Source: an uncultured delta proteobacterium
GTDB lineage: Bacteria; Desulfobacterota; Desulfobacteria; Desulfobacterales; UBA2156
Direction of reading: 5' to 3'
Length of the DNA: 64,000 nucleotides
Assembly: GCA_963736855.1 (NCBI GenBank)
Contig: CAVTQK010000015.1
Coordinates: 352,001 to 416,000 of the forward strand
Shown: piece after piece, positions 48,706-57,672 of the stretch
How the letters are laid out: every line of letters begins with the position of its first letter
Numbering within the stretch: position 1 is the stretch's first letter
Notes under the pieces: generated by a model
Told to the model about the DNA's origin: nothing
The model's input: only the letters and a program-made list of their open reading frames with translations
Database searches by the model: none
Program-made: the position numbers and the translations under genes

Positions 48706-49023
48706 AATTGAATTGATTGAATTGATAAGATTGATAAGAACTCGCTTTTACAAAGGCGGGTTAAGGACGAGGATGGATTGTGTTTTGTCATCATCTGTAC
48801 CTCAAGATATGGGAACCTTCAGGTAATGTGACGTATGTACTATCAATTATCCGAAAGTGAACGTGCTGTCAATCGGGATTGTATCGCCAAGATGCTGTTT
48901 TCCTCGTGTGTTCAAGCACAGGCCTCCTTTATACGTGCATCGCACAGGCAGGGCGGGTCAACTCCGGACGGATTTTTAAGAGTAAGAATCCATGGGGTAA
49001 ACCGGGTCGGCGACGTAATCCTC
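48706..49023 (-). mobile_element. IS91-like element end, copy 6, with stuttered junction and 3' UTR (right boundary of the island)
   Basis: About 290 bp colinear with 33782-34077; similarity stops after GGCGACGTAATCCTC. Confidence 0.85.
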
Positions 49024-49153
49024 AGTAGAAGGGATTCTCATTAACAAGACGGAAATTAACCAAACCGTCCTGGTGTGTGATAAGCTTGCCAGGCAGTGTG
49101 AGCAGGGGGAGGCCGCTTTCCAGGCGAATTAAAATTTGATACATATTGATTTC

Positions 49154-49528
49154 ATGAATATTTCCAATAAAAAATTCGATCGCATCGTCAAACAGGCCAT
49201 CGGCCGGATCCCGGAAGAAATCCATAGGCATCTGGATAACATCCTGATTACCGTACAAAATAAACCGACACCGGAAATGCTGTATGAGGCGGGACTGTCT
49301 TCGGATGAAACGCTGCTGGGATTATACCGAGGTGTGCCGCTTGACGAGCGTTCGATCATGAATCCGCCCCTTCATCCCGATACGATCTTCATCTTCAAAG
49401 AACCCCTTGAAGAGATGTGTTCAAGCCTGGAAGAACTGGAAAACGAAATCGAGATCACCATCGTGCATGAAATCGCCCACTTTGTCGGTTTCCCCGAGGA
49501 ACGCCTCTCTGAATTGGGTTACTCCTAA
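49154..49528 (+). CDS. Zincin-like metallopeptidase family protein
   Basis: LLGLYRGVPL, PDTIFIFKEP and TIVHEIAHFVG (HExxH). Confidence 0.88.
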   Translation: MNISNKKFDRIVKQAIGRIPEEIHRHLDNILITVQNKPTPEMLYEAGLSSDETLLGLYRGVPLDERSIMNPPLHPDTIFIFKEPLEEMCSSLEELENEIEITIVHEIAHFVGFPEERLSELGYS

Positions 49529-49710
49529 ATAATGAGACAAACCCCCTGCCGGATGAACCTGATCGTTTCAGGGGTGAAAAGTTCAAATCAAACGAAAACC
49601 ATTTCAACATCTTTTTAGAGTCCTTGAGCCTTGTTAGGGTACAAATCAAAAGGAATTTTCGACACAAGGATAAGGATTTCTCGCAATCTCCCTTGGGGAA
49701 AATAAAATAA

Positions 49711-49820
49711 TTGACAGGCATTTTTATTTTCTGTTAGTATATTCGATTTATAGAAATCAGCCAACCACAATCCTTGCTCCGGACAAAAGTTCCGGGGCTG
49801 AATAACCATGAGGAGGTTTT
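49711..49820 (+). promoter_or_regulatory. Sigma70 promoter and probable S6:S18 autoregulatory leader of rpsF
   Basis: TTGACA-N18-TAGTAT; leader TCCTTG-CTCCGGA...TCCGGGG can pair with the GAGGAGG SD sequence. Confidence 0.5.
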
Positions 49821-50273
49821 ATGAAACGATACGAAACCATCGTTATCGCCGATCCCGAAGTTTCCGAAGAAAACCGAACAGCACTTTTCGAGAGATATCA
49901 AGGAATCATCTCTCAGAGAGGGGGTTTTCTGGTGGAAATAGACGTTTGGGGGACTCGGCCACTGGCCTATGAAATCAAGAAAAAGGGTCGGGGGTTTTAT
50001 TTCCGTCTGGATTATTGCGGCGTCGGATCTCTGGTGGATGAAATCGAGCGCTTTTCCCGCATCGATGACCGCATCCTCAAATACCTCACGGTCTTAATCG
50101 CTTCCGATGTCGACTTGGAACAGATCAAAGCCGAGACGGCCCGTAAAGAAGAGGCGGAAAAGGCCGCATCGATCCAAGCAGCTGCAACTCCTGAGACGCC
50201 TCAGATCGCAACAACGGAAAGCGCAACTGCCGGAGAGACTGTACAACCCGATGAAACCCCATCCAAGGAGTAA
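49821..50273 (+). CDS. rpsF: 30S ribosomal protein S6
   Basis: MKRYETIVI, WGTRPLAYEIKK. Confidence 0.96.
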   Translation: MKRYETIVIADPEVSEENRTALFERYQGIISQRGGFLVEIDVWGTRPLAYEIKKKGRGFYFRLDYCGVGSLVDEIERFSRIDDRILKYLTVLIASDVDLEQIKAETARKEEAEKAASIQAAATPETPQIATTESATAGETVQPDETPSKE

Positions 50274-50279
50274 CGACCC

Positions 50280-50555
50280 ATGGCTTTCAATTCCCAATCA
50301 TCCAGACCCAGGCCCGCACCTAAAAAGCGCGTCTATCATCGCCGAAAGGTTTGCCGATTTTGCGCTGACAAAAAACTGGTAATCGACTACAAGGATCCGA
50401 GAACGCTCCGGTATTTCATTACAGAGCGCGGAAAGATCATTCCCAAGCGCATCTCCGGAACGTGCGCCAAGCACCAGCGCGCGCTCACTCAGGCCATAAA
50501 ACGCGCCCGGACCATCGCCCTGCTGCCTTTCGTGGGATCTCTGGATCACGTCTAA
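50280..50555 (+). CDS. rpsR: 30S ribosomal protein S18
   Basis: [13 protein letters not shown] and [17 protein letters not shown]. Confidence 0.98.
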   Translation: MAFNSQSSRPRPAPKKRVYHRRKVCRFCADKKLVIDYKDPRTLRYFITERGKIIPKRISGTCAKHQRALTQAIKRARTIALLPFVGSLDHV

Positions 50556-50594
50556 CCCGATCCGAATACGGATCTGGGAAAGGAGAAGCGCGTT

Positions 50595-51554
50595 GTGACA
50601 TCTGCCTTGCCACAGAAGGCATCCAGGGATATTGTTACCGGGATCGCCGTCACGCTGATCATTTTCGCCCTGACGTTGAATCTTCCGTTGATAGGCTTTT
50701 TTCTGGCCGTGTTCATCCCTTTGCCCATCCTTTTTTACCGAGCCAAGCTGGGGAGACGCAACGGAACTTGGGTCCTGGGATTGACCTTTGTGGTGATGAC
50801 TGCCATAATCGGACGCCTATCGCTCGATGCGCTTTTTTACCTCGAACTGCTGGTCCTCGGATTTGCTATAGGCGAAATGCTTTTCATGAGGCTGTCCGTC
50901 GAAAAGACGGTCCTTTACGCCGTAGCAGTAGTGTTGGGCACTTCCAGCGCTTTTCTGCTCCTCTATGGCCTAACCTTCCAAGCGGGTATCAGCACAGTGA
51001 TCTCCGATTACGTTCTCAAAAGCCTGAGGCTGACCCTGGCAATCTATGAGAAGATGGGAATTTCCCAGGAAGCAATTCGTTTGATGTCCGATTCCATGGA
51101 ACAGATCCAGTATGTCCTAGTCAGGATCCTCCCAGCTTTGGCAGTCGGCTCCACCCTATTTGTGGCCTGGGCCAACCTGCTGATGGCAAGGTCGGTCCTG
51201 CTGTCGAGGAACCTTTTTTTCCCGGATTTTGGCCCGCTGAATCGCTGGAAGGTTCCGGAAGTCCTGGTATGGGGCGTTATTGCCTCGGCTCTTTTGCTCC
51301 TTTTCCCTTCAAGGGCCATGAAGGTGATCGGTTTAAACGGTATTATCGTCTTTATGGTGGTTTATTTCCTGGAAGGGATCGCCATTGTTTCCTTCTTCTT
51401 TGAAAAAAAACAATTTCCTCGATTCCTGAGATCGACCATCTATGTTTTCATCTTTATACAGCAAATCATCTGCCTGCTGGTCATCGGGTTGGGATTTTTC
51501 GATACCTGGCTTGATTTCCGAAGGTTGAGCACACCACCTCAAAACAGTGAGTAG
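50595..51554 (+). CDS. YybS/DUF2232 membrane protein
   Basis: Multi-TM protein ending GLGFFDTWLDFRR, in the conserved rpsR-rplI position. Confidence 0.85.
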   Translation: MTSALPQKASRDIVTGIAVTLIIFALTLNLPLIGFFLAVFIPLPILFYRAKLGRRNGTWVLGLTFVVMTAIIGRLSLDALFYLELLVLGFAIGEMLFMRLSVEKTVLYAVAVVLGTSSAFLLLYGLTFQAGISTVISDYVLKSLRLTLAIYEKMGISQEAIRLMSDSMEQIQYVLVRILPALAVGSTLFVAWANLLMARSVLLSRNLFFPDFGPLNRWKVPEVLVWGVIASALLLLFPSRAMKVIGLNGIIVFMVVYFLEGIAIVSFFFEKKQFPRFLRSTIYVFIFIQQIICLLVIGLGFFDTWLDFRRLSTPPQNSE

Positions 51555-51598
51555 AATCTACAACACGTCTTTTCGACGTTTTTTCGGGAGGATCATCC

Positions 51599-52045
51599 AT
51601 GAGAGTTATTTTAAAAGAAACCATTGATGCCCTGGGGACTATCGGATCTGAAGTGACGGTGAAGGACGGATATGCCCGGAACTACCTTTTTCCCCAGAAC
51701 AGGGCGGTCCCCGCCACGGAACACAATCGAAGGTCGATGGAGAAACAAAAAGCCAAATTCGACCTTCAGGTGGCCAAGGAAAAGGCCCTGGCCGAAGAGA
51801 TGGCCAAACGTCTCGAAGGGGTTTCCTGCACCATACCCGCCAAGGTGAGTGAGGAAGATCGGCTATACGGATCGGTTACGGTTCGGGATATTGTCCAGGC
51901 GCTGGCCCTGCAGCAGATAGAAGTTGAAAAACGGATGGTCATGCTCGCCGAACCTATTAAAACCATCGGAAGCCATCGGGTCCCCATCCGGATCTATGCC
52001 GGTATCGAGCCGAAAATCGAAGTCCGGGTGGTCCCCGAGGAATAG
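51599..52045 (+). CDS. rplI: 50S ribosomal protein L9
   Basis: MRVILKE, VKDGYARNYLFP and LYGSVT. Confidence 0.98.
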   Translation: MRVILKETIDALGTIGSEVTVKDGYARNYLFPQNRAVPATEHNRRSMEKQKAKFDLQVAKEKALAEEMAKRLEGVSCTIPAKVSEEDRLYGSVTVRDIVQALALQQIEVEKRMVMLAEPIKTIGSHRVPIRIYAGIEPKIEVRVVPEE

Positions 52046-52082
52046 CAAAGCACTTTCCCTCCGACACATCGAGGCGCTTACC

Positions 52083-53468
52083 ATGGCTCTTTCCGATTCT
52101 GCCTTCCGCAAGCTTCAGGGCATCGTCGGGGTTGACCGATGTACCCGCAGTCTGGAAGAACGCGCCTGTTACGCCTACGACGCTGCTACCGGCCGATCCC
52201 TGCCGGATGCGGTCTTATTTCCTGAAACCGCCGCTGAAATCTCCGCGGTTTTGACCTGCGCCAACGCCGAACGATTCTTCGTGGTCCCGCGGGGAAGCGG
52301 ATCCGGTATGACCGGAGGATCGGTTCCCGTCCAGGGAGGTATCGTCCTGGTCATGAGCCGGATGAACCGCATCCTAGCCATCGACACGGAAAATCTGGTG
52401 GCCCATGCCGAGCCCGGAGTCATCACCGGCAAGTTCCATGCCGCTGTGGAAAAAGAAGGGCTCTTTTATCCTCCGGATCCCTCCAGCTCTGATTTCTCCA
52501 CCCTCGGTGGAAACCTGGCTGAATGCGCCGGTGGGCCTAAAGCAGTCAAGTACGGAGTCACGCGGGATTACGTTTTGGGACTCGAAGCTGTACTGCCTAC
52601 CGGCGAGATCATCCGGACCGGTGTACAAACGACCAAAGGCGTGGCGGGTTACGATCTGACCCGGCTTCTGGTGGGCTCTGAAGGGACCCTTGGCATCATC
52701 ACCCGTATAACGCTGAAGCTTTTGCCGCTTCCGCAGTCCGTCATGACCTTGACGGCGGTTTTTCATCGTCTGGAAACGGCGACCGAGACTGTATCGGAGA
52801 TCATCCGACGCGGCATCATTCCCCGAACCCTGGAATTCATGGACAACGCATCCATTCGCTGTGTGGAAAGACACCTGAAGATGGGTCTTCCCGTGGATGC
52901 CGGAGCCCTCCTTTTAATTGAAGCCGACGGCGATCCGGAGGAAACGATTAAAACTATAAAAAAACTTCAGGACCTCTGTCACAACAACGGAGCACATAAC
53001 GTCCGTACTGCGTCCACCGCTGAAGAAGCGCAGGCGCTTTGGAAGGCCCGAAAAACCATCTCTCCGGCTCTTTTTCAGTACGCCCCCCATAAAATCAATG
53101 AGGACATCGTGGTGCCCCGGAGCCGGATTCCTCAAATGATTCGACGAATCGAATCGCTCCGGGAAAAAACCGGCCTGTTCATGGCGAGTTTCGGACATGC
53201 CGGGGACGGAAACATTCATTTTAACATCATGCTCGATAAAAATGATCCCGTGGCTTTGAAAAAGGCTGAAGACACGGTGGAGGAAATTTTTGATTATACC
53301 GTGGAACTGGGAGGAACCCTTTCAGGGGAGCATGGGATTGGTATTACCAAGGCACCCTATCTCTCCAAAGAGATCGGGCCCGAGGCGCTTGCGCTCATGA
53401 AAAGGATCAAGAAAGCCTTTGACCCCAATGGCATTCTCAATCCAGGGAAGATCTTTCCGGCACGTTAG
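52083..53468 (+). CDS. FAD-linked oxidase, GlcD/D-lactate dehydrogenase type
   Basis: PRGSGSGMTGG, YPPDPSS, GSEGTLG, GHAGDGNIH, SGEHGIG and LNPGK. Confidence 0.9.
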   Translation: MALSDSAFRKLQGIVGVDRCTRSLEERACYAYDAATGRSLPDAVLFPETAAEISAVLTCANAERFFVVPRGSGSGMTGGSVPVQGGIVLVMSRMNRILAIDTENLVAHAEPGVITGKFHAAVEKEGLFYPPDPSSSDFSTLGGNLAECAGGPKAVKYGVTRDYVLGLEAVLPTGEIIRTGVQTTKGVAGYDLTRLLVGSEGTLGIITRITLKLLPLPQSVMTLTAVFHRLETATETVSEIIRRGIIPRTLEFMDNASIRCVERHLKMGLPVDAGALLLIEADGDPEETIKTIKKLQDLCHNNGAHNVRTASTAEEAQALWKARKTISPALFQYAPHKINEDIVVPRSRIPQMIRRIESLREKTGLFMASFGHAGDGNIHFNIMLDKNDPVALKKAEDTVEEIFDYTVELGGTLSGEHGIGITKAPYLSKEIGPEALALMKRIKKAFDPNGILNPGKIFPAR

Positions 53469-53507
53469 GCATCCTCAAGCACGCTGCGATCCCCTCTGGA
53501 TAAAGGG

Positions 53508-53711
53508 CTATTCCACCTTCAGACGGATATCCGGAAACCCGATATCCTCGAACCGTTCGTAACGTGTCTCCCTATCGTGCTCGATGGCGCAACGCAACCT
53601 CAGTGCGCAGTATTTCCTGCAAATGGGGTCCTGGGAAAGATAATCGCCGAAACAGTCCAGTCGTTCCCCCATCCGGAAGCGATCGGTGCTCTTATTGAGG
53701 ATCCTCTTCAT
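53508..53711 (-). CDS. Small Cys-containing hypothetical protein
   Basis: LDCFGDY...DPICRKYCALRLRCAIE; overlaps the end of suhB. Confidence 0.55.
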   Translation of the reverse strand: MKRILNKSTDRFRMGERLDCFGDYLSQDPICRKYCALRLRCAIEHDRETRYERFEDIGFPDIRLKVE

Positions 53712-54492
53712 TTCCAATATCCAAAAGCGAAAGCATTTCGTCATGAATGTGCCCATTGGTCACCAGGAGCGATTTTTTCTCCAAGGTAAATGGGCGATTG
53801 TCATAATCAGTGACCGTCGCACCTGCCTCCAGGGCGATCCGGAAGCCGGCGGCCGTATCCCAGGGATTGAGGTTCTGCTCCCAGAAAGCATCGAATCGGC
53901 CGCAAGCCACATAACAGATATCCAATGCTGCCGATCCTAATCTGCGCACTCCTCGAGAAGCCTCCATGCATCGTCGAAATCTTCGGATCATGGGCCCCAC
54001 GTTCGGTCCGGGGTTATGGGGAAAACCGGTGACCAGCAGGCTGTTCGCCACTGCGCGGGCATCCGTCACCCGGATGGGCTTGCCGTTCAGGGTCGCCCCG
54101 CATCCCTTGACTGCGATGAATAACTCTTCCAGAGGTGGTGAAAGGATGACTCCCACCTGGACTTCATCGGCCGAAGCAAAGGCGATGGAAACGCAGTATA
54201 TCCCCAGCCCGTGCGCATAGTTGATTGTACCGTCCAATGGATCGATGATCCACCGGGAGGCGGTTTTTTTCCCGGCTGCGCCGCTTTCTTCAGCCAGAAC
54301 AGCGTGATCCGGAAATGCGCTTCGGATGGTTTTAAGGATGGCCTCTTCAGCCGCGATATCGGCATCAGTGACAATGTCGGCGATCCCCTTTTTGGTGGAT
54401 ATCTTGGAAAGCTTTCCAAACCGCCGGGTGAGCTCCGCCCCTCCTTTGCCTGCGGCGGCCATGGCGACCCTCTTGATTCGATCCAGATCCAT
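53692..54492 (-). CDS. suhB: Inositol monophosphatase family protein
   Basis: LAEES, WIIDPLDGTINY, GSAALD and WDTAAG. Confidence 0.92.
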   Translation of the reverse strand: MDLDRIKRVAMAAAGKGGAELTRRFGKLSKISTKKGIADIVTDADIAAEEAILKTIRSAFPDHAVLAEESGAAGKKTASRWIIDPLDGTINYAHGLGIYCVSIAFASADEVQVGVILSPPLEELFIAVKGCGATLNGKPIRVTDARAVANSLLVTGFPHNPGPNVGPMIRRFRRCMEASRGVRRLGSAALDICYVACGRFDAFWEQNLNPWDTAAGFRIALEAGATVTDYDNRPFTLEKKSLLVTNGHIHDEMLSLLDIGNEEDPQ

Positions 54493-54626
54493 TAGAGGGC
54501 GAACTTACACTCCGCCAATTCGGACTGTCAACAAGTTTTATTGGCTCGACAAAAAGTCTATTTGTCTTGCCGGGGCAGGATTGCACTGCATCTTTGGTCT
54601 GCCGGTTCGTCTTGCACTCAGGCAGG

Positions 54627-56270
54627 TCATGGCAATGCACCCCGAAACCGGATCTTTGAGAGGATACCCTGCATGGCATCGATAAGCCCATGGAGTGTGG
54701 ATCGATTCCGTGCACAAATGGGGACCCCATCGTAACGTCGACTCAAAGCCGCCACTTCGGATGCTTCCAACTGATCTATCTTGTTCAGGACCCGGATGGC
54801 CGGTTTGTCCATCAATGCAAGCTCATCTAAAATTTTTTCCACCGATTCCACCTGCTCTGGAAAGTGGGGATGGCTGATATCGATGACATGAAGCAAAAGG
54901 TCTGCCTGCTCCAGCTCTTCTAAGGTCGCCCGAAAAGCCACCATAAGGTCCTGGGGAAGATCCCGGATGAATCCCACCGTATCCGTGATGATGACTTCCA
55001 TATCCTGCGGGAAACGAAGCCGCCGGCTGGTGGGGTCCAAGGTGGCGAAGAGGCGGCTTTCAGCCATGACCTGGCTGTGCGTCAGCGTGTTGAGAAGGGT
55101 GGATTTACCGGCGTTGGTATAGCCGATGATGGAAACGACGGGTAGGTGCTTTTTACCCCGCATCGCCCTCTGGGTTTTGCGGTTTTTCCGAACCTGCAAC
55201 AGCGCCTCCTCCAGTCGGACAATCCGATCTCTTGCCCGCCTCCGGTTGATTTCCAACTTGGTCTCACCGGGGCCGCGGCCGCCGATGCCGCCCGTCAATC
55301 TGGACATGGCCGTATTTTTCGTAACGAGCCGGGGGAGGAGGTATTTCAGTTGGGCAAGCTCCACCTGGAGCTTCCCTTCTCGGGTCTGAGCGCGCTGGGC
55401 GAAGATATCCAGGATCAGCTGGGTTCGGTCGATGATCTTCAACTGGAGCTGGTCCGCAAGAGTTCGGATCTGTGAAGGATTTAGTTCCTGGTCGAACACC
55501 ACCATGGTGACCCCTTTCTGAAGGGCAGAAATGGCGAGCTGCTGGAGTTTTCCCTTTCCCAAGGGGAGTTGGCCGCCGGAGCTTCGCCGGTAGGGTTCCG
55601 TCCCCACCACTTCCAGCCCGCACGATATGGCCAGAGCGAGCAATTCCCTGCGAGATTCCTGTTTCAGGTGCCTCGGCATATCGCCGGCATGCATCAGGAG
55701 TGCGCGTTCCGAACCCGGTTTTGTTCTTCGGATTCCCTCAAAAAGGGACAGCTCGGTCTCCAGCGCATGGATCCGGTCCAGACAGGCGATGTCCATGCGA
55801 TCGGGCCGTAAGGGATGCAGGAAGCCGTAAGGCTTTTTTTCGGGGCCTTTGGGCAGGATATAAGCAGCGTGGACGAGACCGGGCTCCCCGTCTTCGGAGA
55901 CTGTCACTGCGGCCATGAAATCGAGGGTAAGCAGGCAAAGATCGGTGAGGTCGTCTTCGGTCAGTGTCTCCTCCGCAAGATGCGTGTGAACACATCGCAC
56001 GCCGTTGAGGCGCCCGGAGGCCGAACGGTATCCGGTCAGGTCAGGGATGACGATTTTCTGGTAGTCTCCCACGATCACGTGGGTAACTCGGCCCGTCCGC
56101 TCGATGAGTAGACCGAGCTGTCGCCGCATTTCACGGGAAAGCCGGCTGATTTCACGAAGGAGCTGAAGGCTGATCAGGTGCTGGATGGGTACGCGACGGC
56201 GGTACAAGGCTTCAAGGCCACGGGTCTGATCGGCCTTGAGCCCTCCGGTATTTCCAAAAAGACGCTTCAT
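54627..56270 (-). CDS. hflX: GTPase HflX (long N-terminal form)
   Basis: LILDIFAQRA, GGIGGRGPGETKLE, GYTNAGKS, DTVGF and NKID. Confidence 0.96.
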   Translation of the reverse strand: MKRLFGNTGGLKADQTRGLEALYRRRVPIQHLISLQLLREISRLSREMRRQLGLLIERTGRVTHVIVGDYQKIVIPDLTGYRSASGRLNGVRCVHTHLAEETLTEDDLTDLCLLTLDFMAAVTVSEDGEPGLVHAAYILPKGPEKKPYGFLHPLRPDRMDIACLDRIHALETELSLFEGIRRTKPGSERALLMHAGDMPRHLKQESRRELLALAISCGLEVVGTEPYRRSSGGQLPLGKGKLQQLAISALQKGVTMVVFDQELNPSQIRTLADQLQLKIIDRTQLILDIFAQRAQTREGKLQVELAQLKYLLPRLVTKNTAMSRLTGGIGGRGPGETKLEINRRRARDRIVRLEEALLQVRKNRKTQRAMRGKKHLPVVSIIGYTNAGKSTLLNTLTHSQVMAESRLFATLDPTSRRLRFPQDMEVIITDTVGFIRDLPQDLMVAFRATLEELEQADLLLHVIDISHPHFPEQVESVEKILDELALMDKPAIRVLNKIDQLEASEVAALSRRYDGVPICARNRSTLHGLIDAMQGILSKIRFRGALP

Positions 56271-57637
56271 CCCATGTTGACGGGCGCCAGATTTTCAAAA
56301 CGGGTGTACGCCGTCAAGAAAGTCAGCGGGACTACGCCGGTGGGTCCATTTCTCTGCTTGGATAGCAGCAGTTCAGCTTTCCCTTTGTTGGGGTTGTTCT
56401 CGTCTTTGTTGTATACCTCATCCCGATAGATGAAGGCAACCACATCCGCATCCTGCTCCAGCGCCCCGGACTCCCGAAGGTCCGCTAGTTGCGGTCTTTT
56501 GTCTACTCGCTCCTCCAGCTTCCGGTTCAACTGGGAAATCGCCAAAACCGGCAGTTCGAGCTCTTTGGCCAGAGCCTTGAAGGATCGGGATATTTCAGAA
56601 ATCTCCAGATCCCGTCGTTCGGCCATATAATGGCTTCTCATGAGCTGAAGATAGTCGATGACGATCAGACCGAGATTGACCTCCATCTTGAGCCGTCGCG
56701 CTTTGGCCCGGATCTCCAGAACCGAGATGTTGGGGGTGTCGTCGATGTAAACAGGGGCTTCAGAGAGGACGCCTGCGGCATTTGTGAGGTTGACCCAGTC
56801 TTCCTTACTGAAAAACCCGCTCCGCAGGCGCGATGAATCGATCCTCGCTTCGGCGCACAGCATGCGCATGGCGAGTTGCTCCTTGGACATCTCCAGCGAA
56901 AAGATGGCACTAGCGACTTTAGCCTCCACCGCTGCATTTCGGGCAATATTCAACGCCAAGGCTGTCTTTCCCATGCTCGGTCGTCCCGCCACGATAATAA
57001 GATCTGATTTTTGCAGCCCGGAAGTGAGGTTGTCAAAGAGGGTGAATCCGGTTGGGACGCCGGTGATCAGCGCCTTGTTCCCCTGCCGCTCCTCCAGGGC
57101 GTCGATGCTTTTATCAATGAGCGCGCTGATAGGATAAAAGGACTGCCGGTGTCGCTTCTCGGACACTTCAAAAACCGCTCTCTCGGCAAAATCGAGGATC
57201 TCCTCAACACTTCCCAAGTCTTCAAGGCATCGCTTCGAGATGGCATTGGTCTTTTCAATAAGCCGTCTCAAGATCGCCTTGTCATGGATGATCTTGGCAT
57301 AATGGGCCGCATTGACCGCCAGGGGGACGGTATCCACGAGGCGGGCCAAAAAGACGGCTCCTCCCACCTCCTCGAGCTGTCCTTTTTCCCTGAGTCTGTT
57401 GGATAATGTGACCAGATCGACCGGTTCGTCCTTATTGAACAGATCCACAACGGCTGAAAAGATCTTTTCATGGGCCAATCGATAGAAATCCTTAGGGGAA
57501 AGGATCTCCAGGACATCTAACAACGCTGTGTTATCGATGAGGATGGCACTGAGAATGGACTCCTCAGCCTCGATGCTGTGGGGAGGAACGTGGTATAGTG
57601 CGGGGTCTTTCTTGGACCTTTTTTGGAATTCAGTCAT
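56267..57637 (-). CDS. dnaB: Replicative DNA helicase
   Basis: PPHSIEAE, GRPSMGKT, IDYLQL, SQLNR, DLRESGALEQDAD and KQRNGP. Confidence 0.98.
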   Translation of the reverse strand: MTEFQKRSKKDPALYHVPPHSIEAEESILSAILIDNTALLDVLEILSPKDFYRLAHEKIFSAVVDLFNKDEPVDLVTLSNRLREKGQLEEVGGAVFLARLVDTVPLAVNAAHYAKIIHDKAILRRLIEKTNAISKRCLEDLGSVEEILDFAERAVFEVSEKRHRQSFYPISALIDKSIDALEERQGNKALITGVPTGFTLFDNLTSGLQKSDLIIVAGRPSMGKTALALNIARNAAVEAKVASAIFSLEMSKEQLAMRMLCAEARIDSSRLRSGFFSKEDWVNLTNAAGVLSEAPVYIDDTPNISVLEIRAKARRLKMEVNLGLIVIDYLQLMRSHYMAERRDLEISEISRSFKALAKELELPVLAISQLNRKLEERVDKRPQLADLRESGALEQDADVVAFIYRDEVYNKDENNPNKGKAELLLSKQRNGPTGVVPLTFLTAYTRFENLAPVNMG

Positions 57638-57672
57638 CGGAATTGCTCAAGGAAAAAAGGACATGGGCTGGA

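Noticed and set aside
29801..49023. Reading the recurring repeats as a CRISPR array or a classical integron
   Set aside because: The repeats are kilobases apart, vary in length and continue into IS91 transposase sequence; I saw no cas genes, tyrosine integrase or attC-type palindromes.
29801..49023. Prophage or conjugative element as the origin of the island
   Set aside because: No phage structural, integrase, relaxase or T4SS genes and no flanking tRNA or att repeat were seen.
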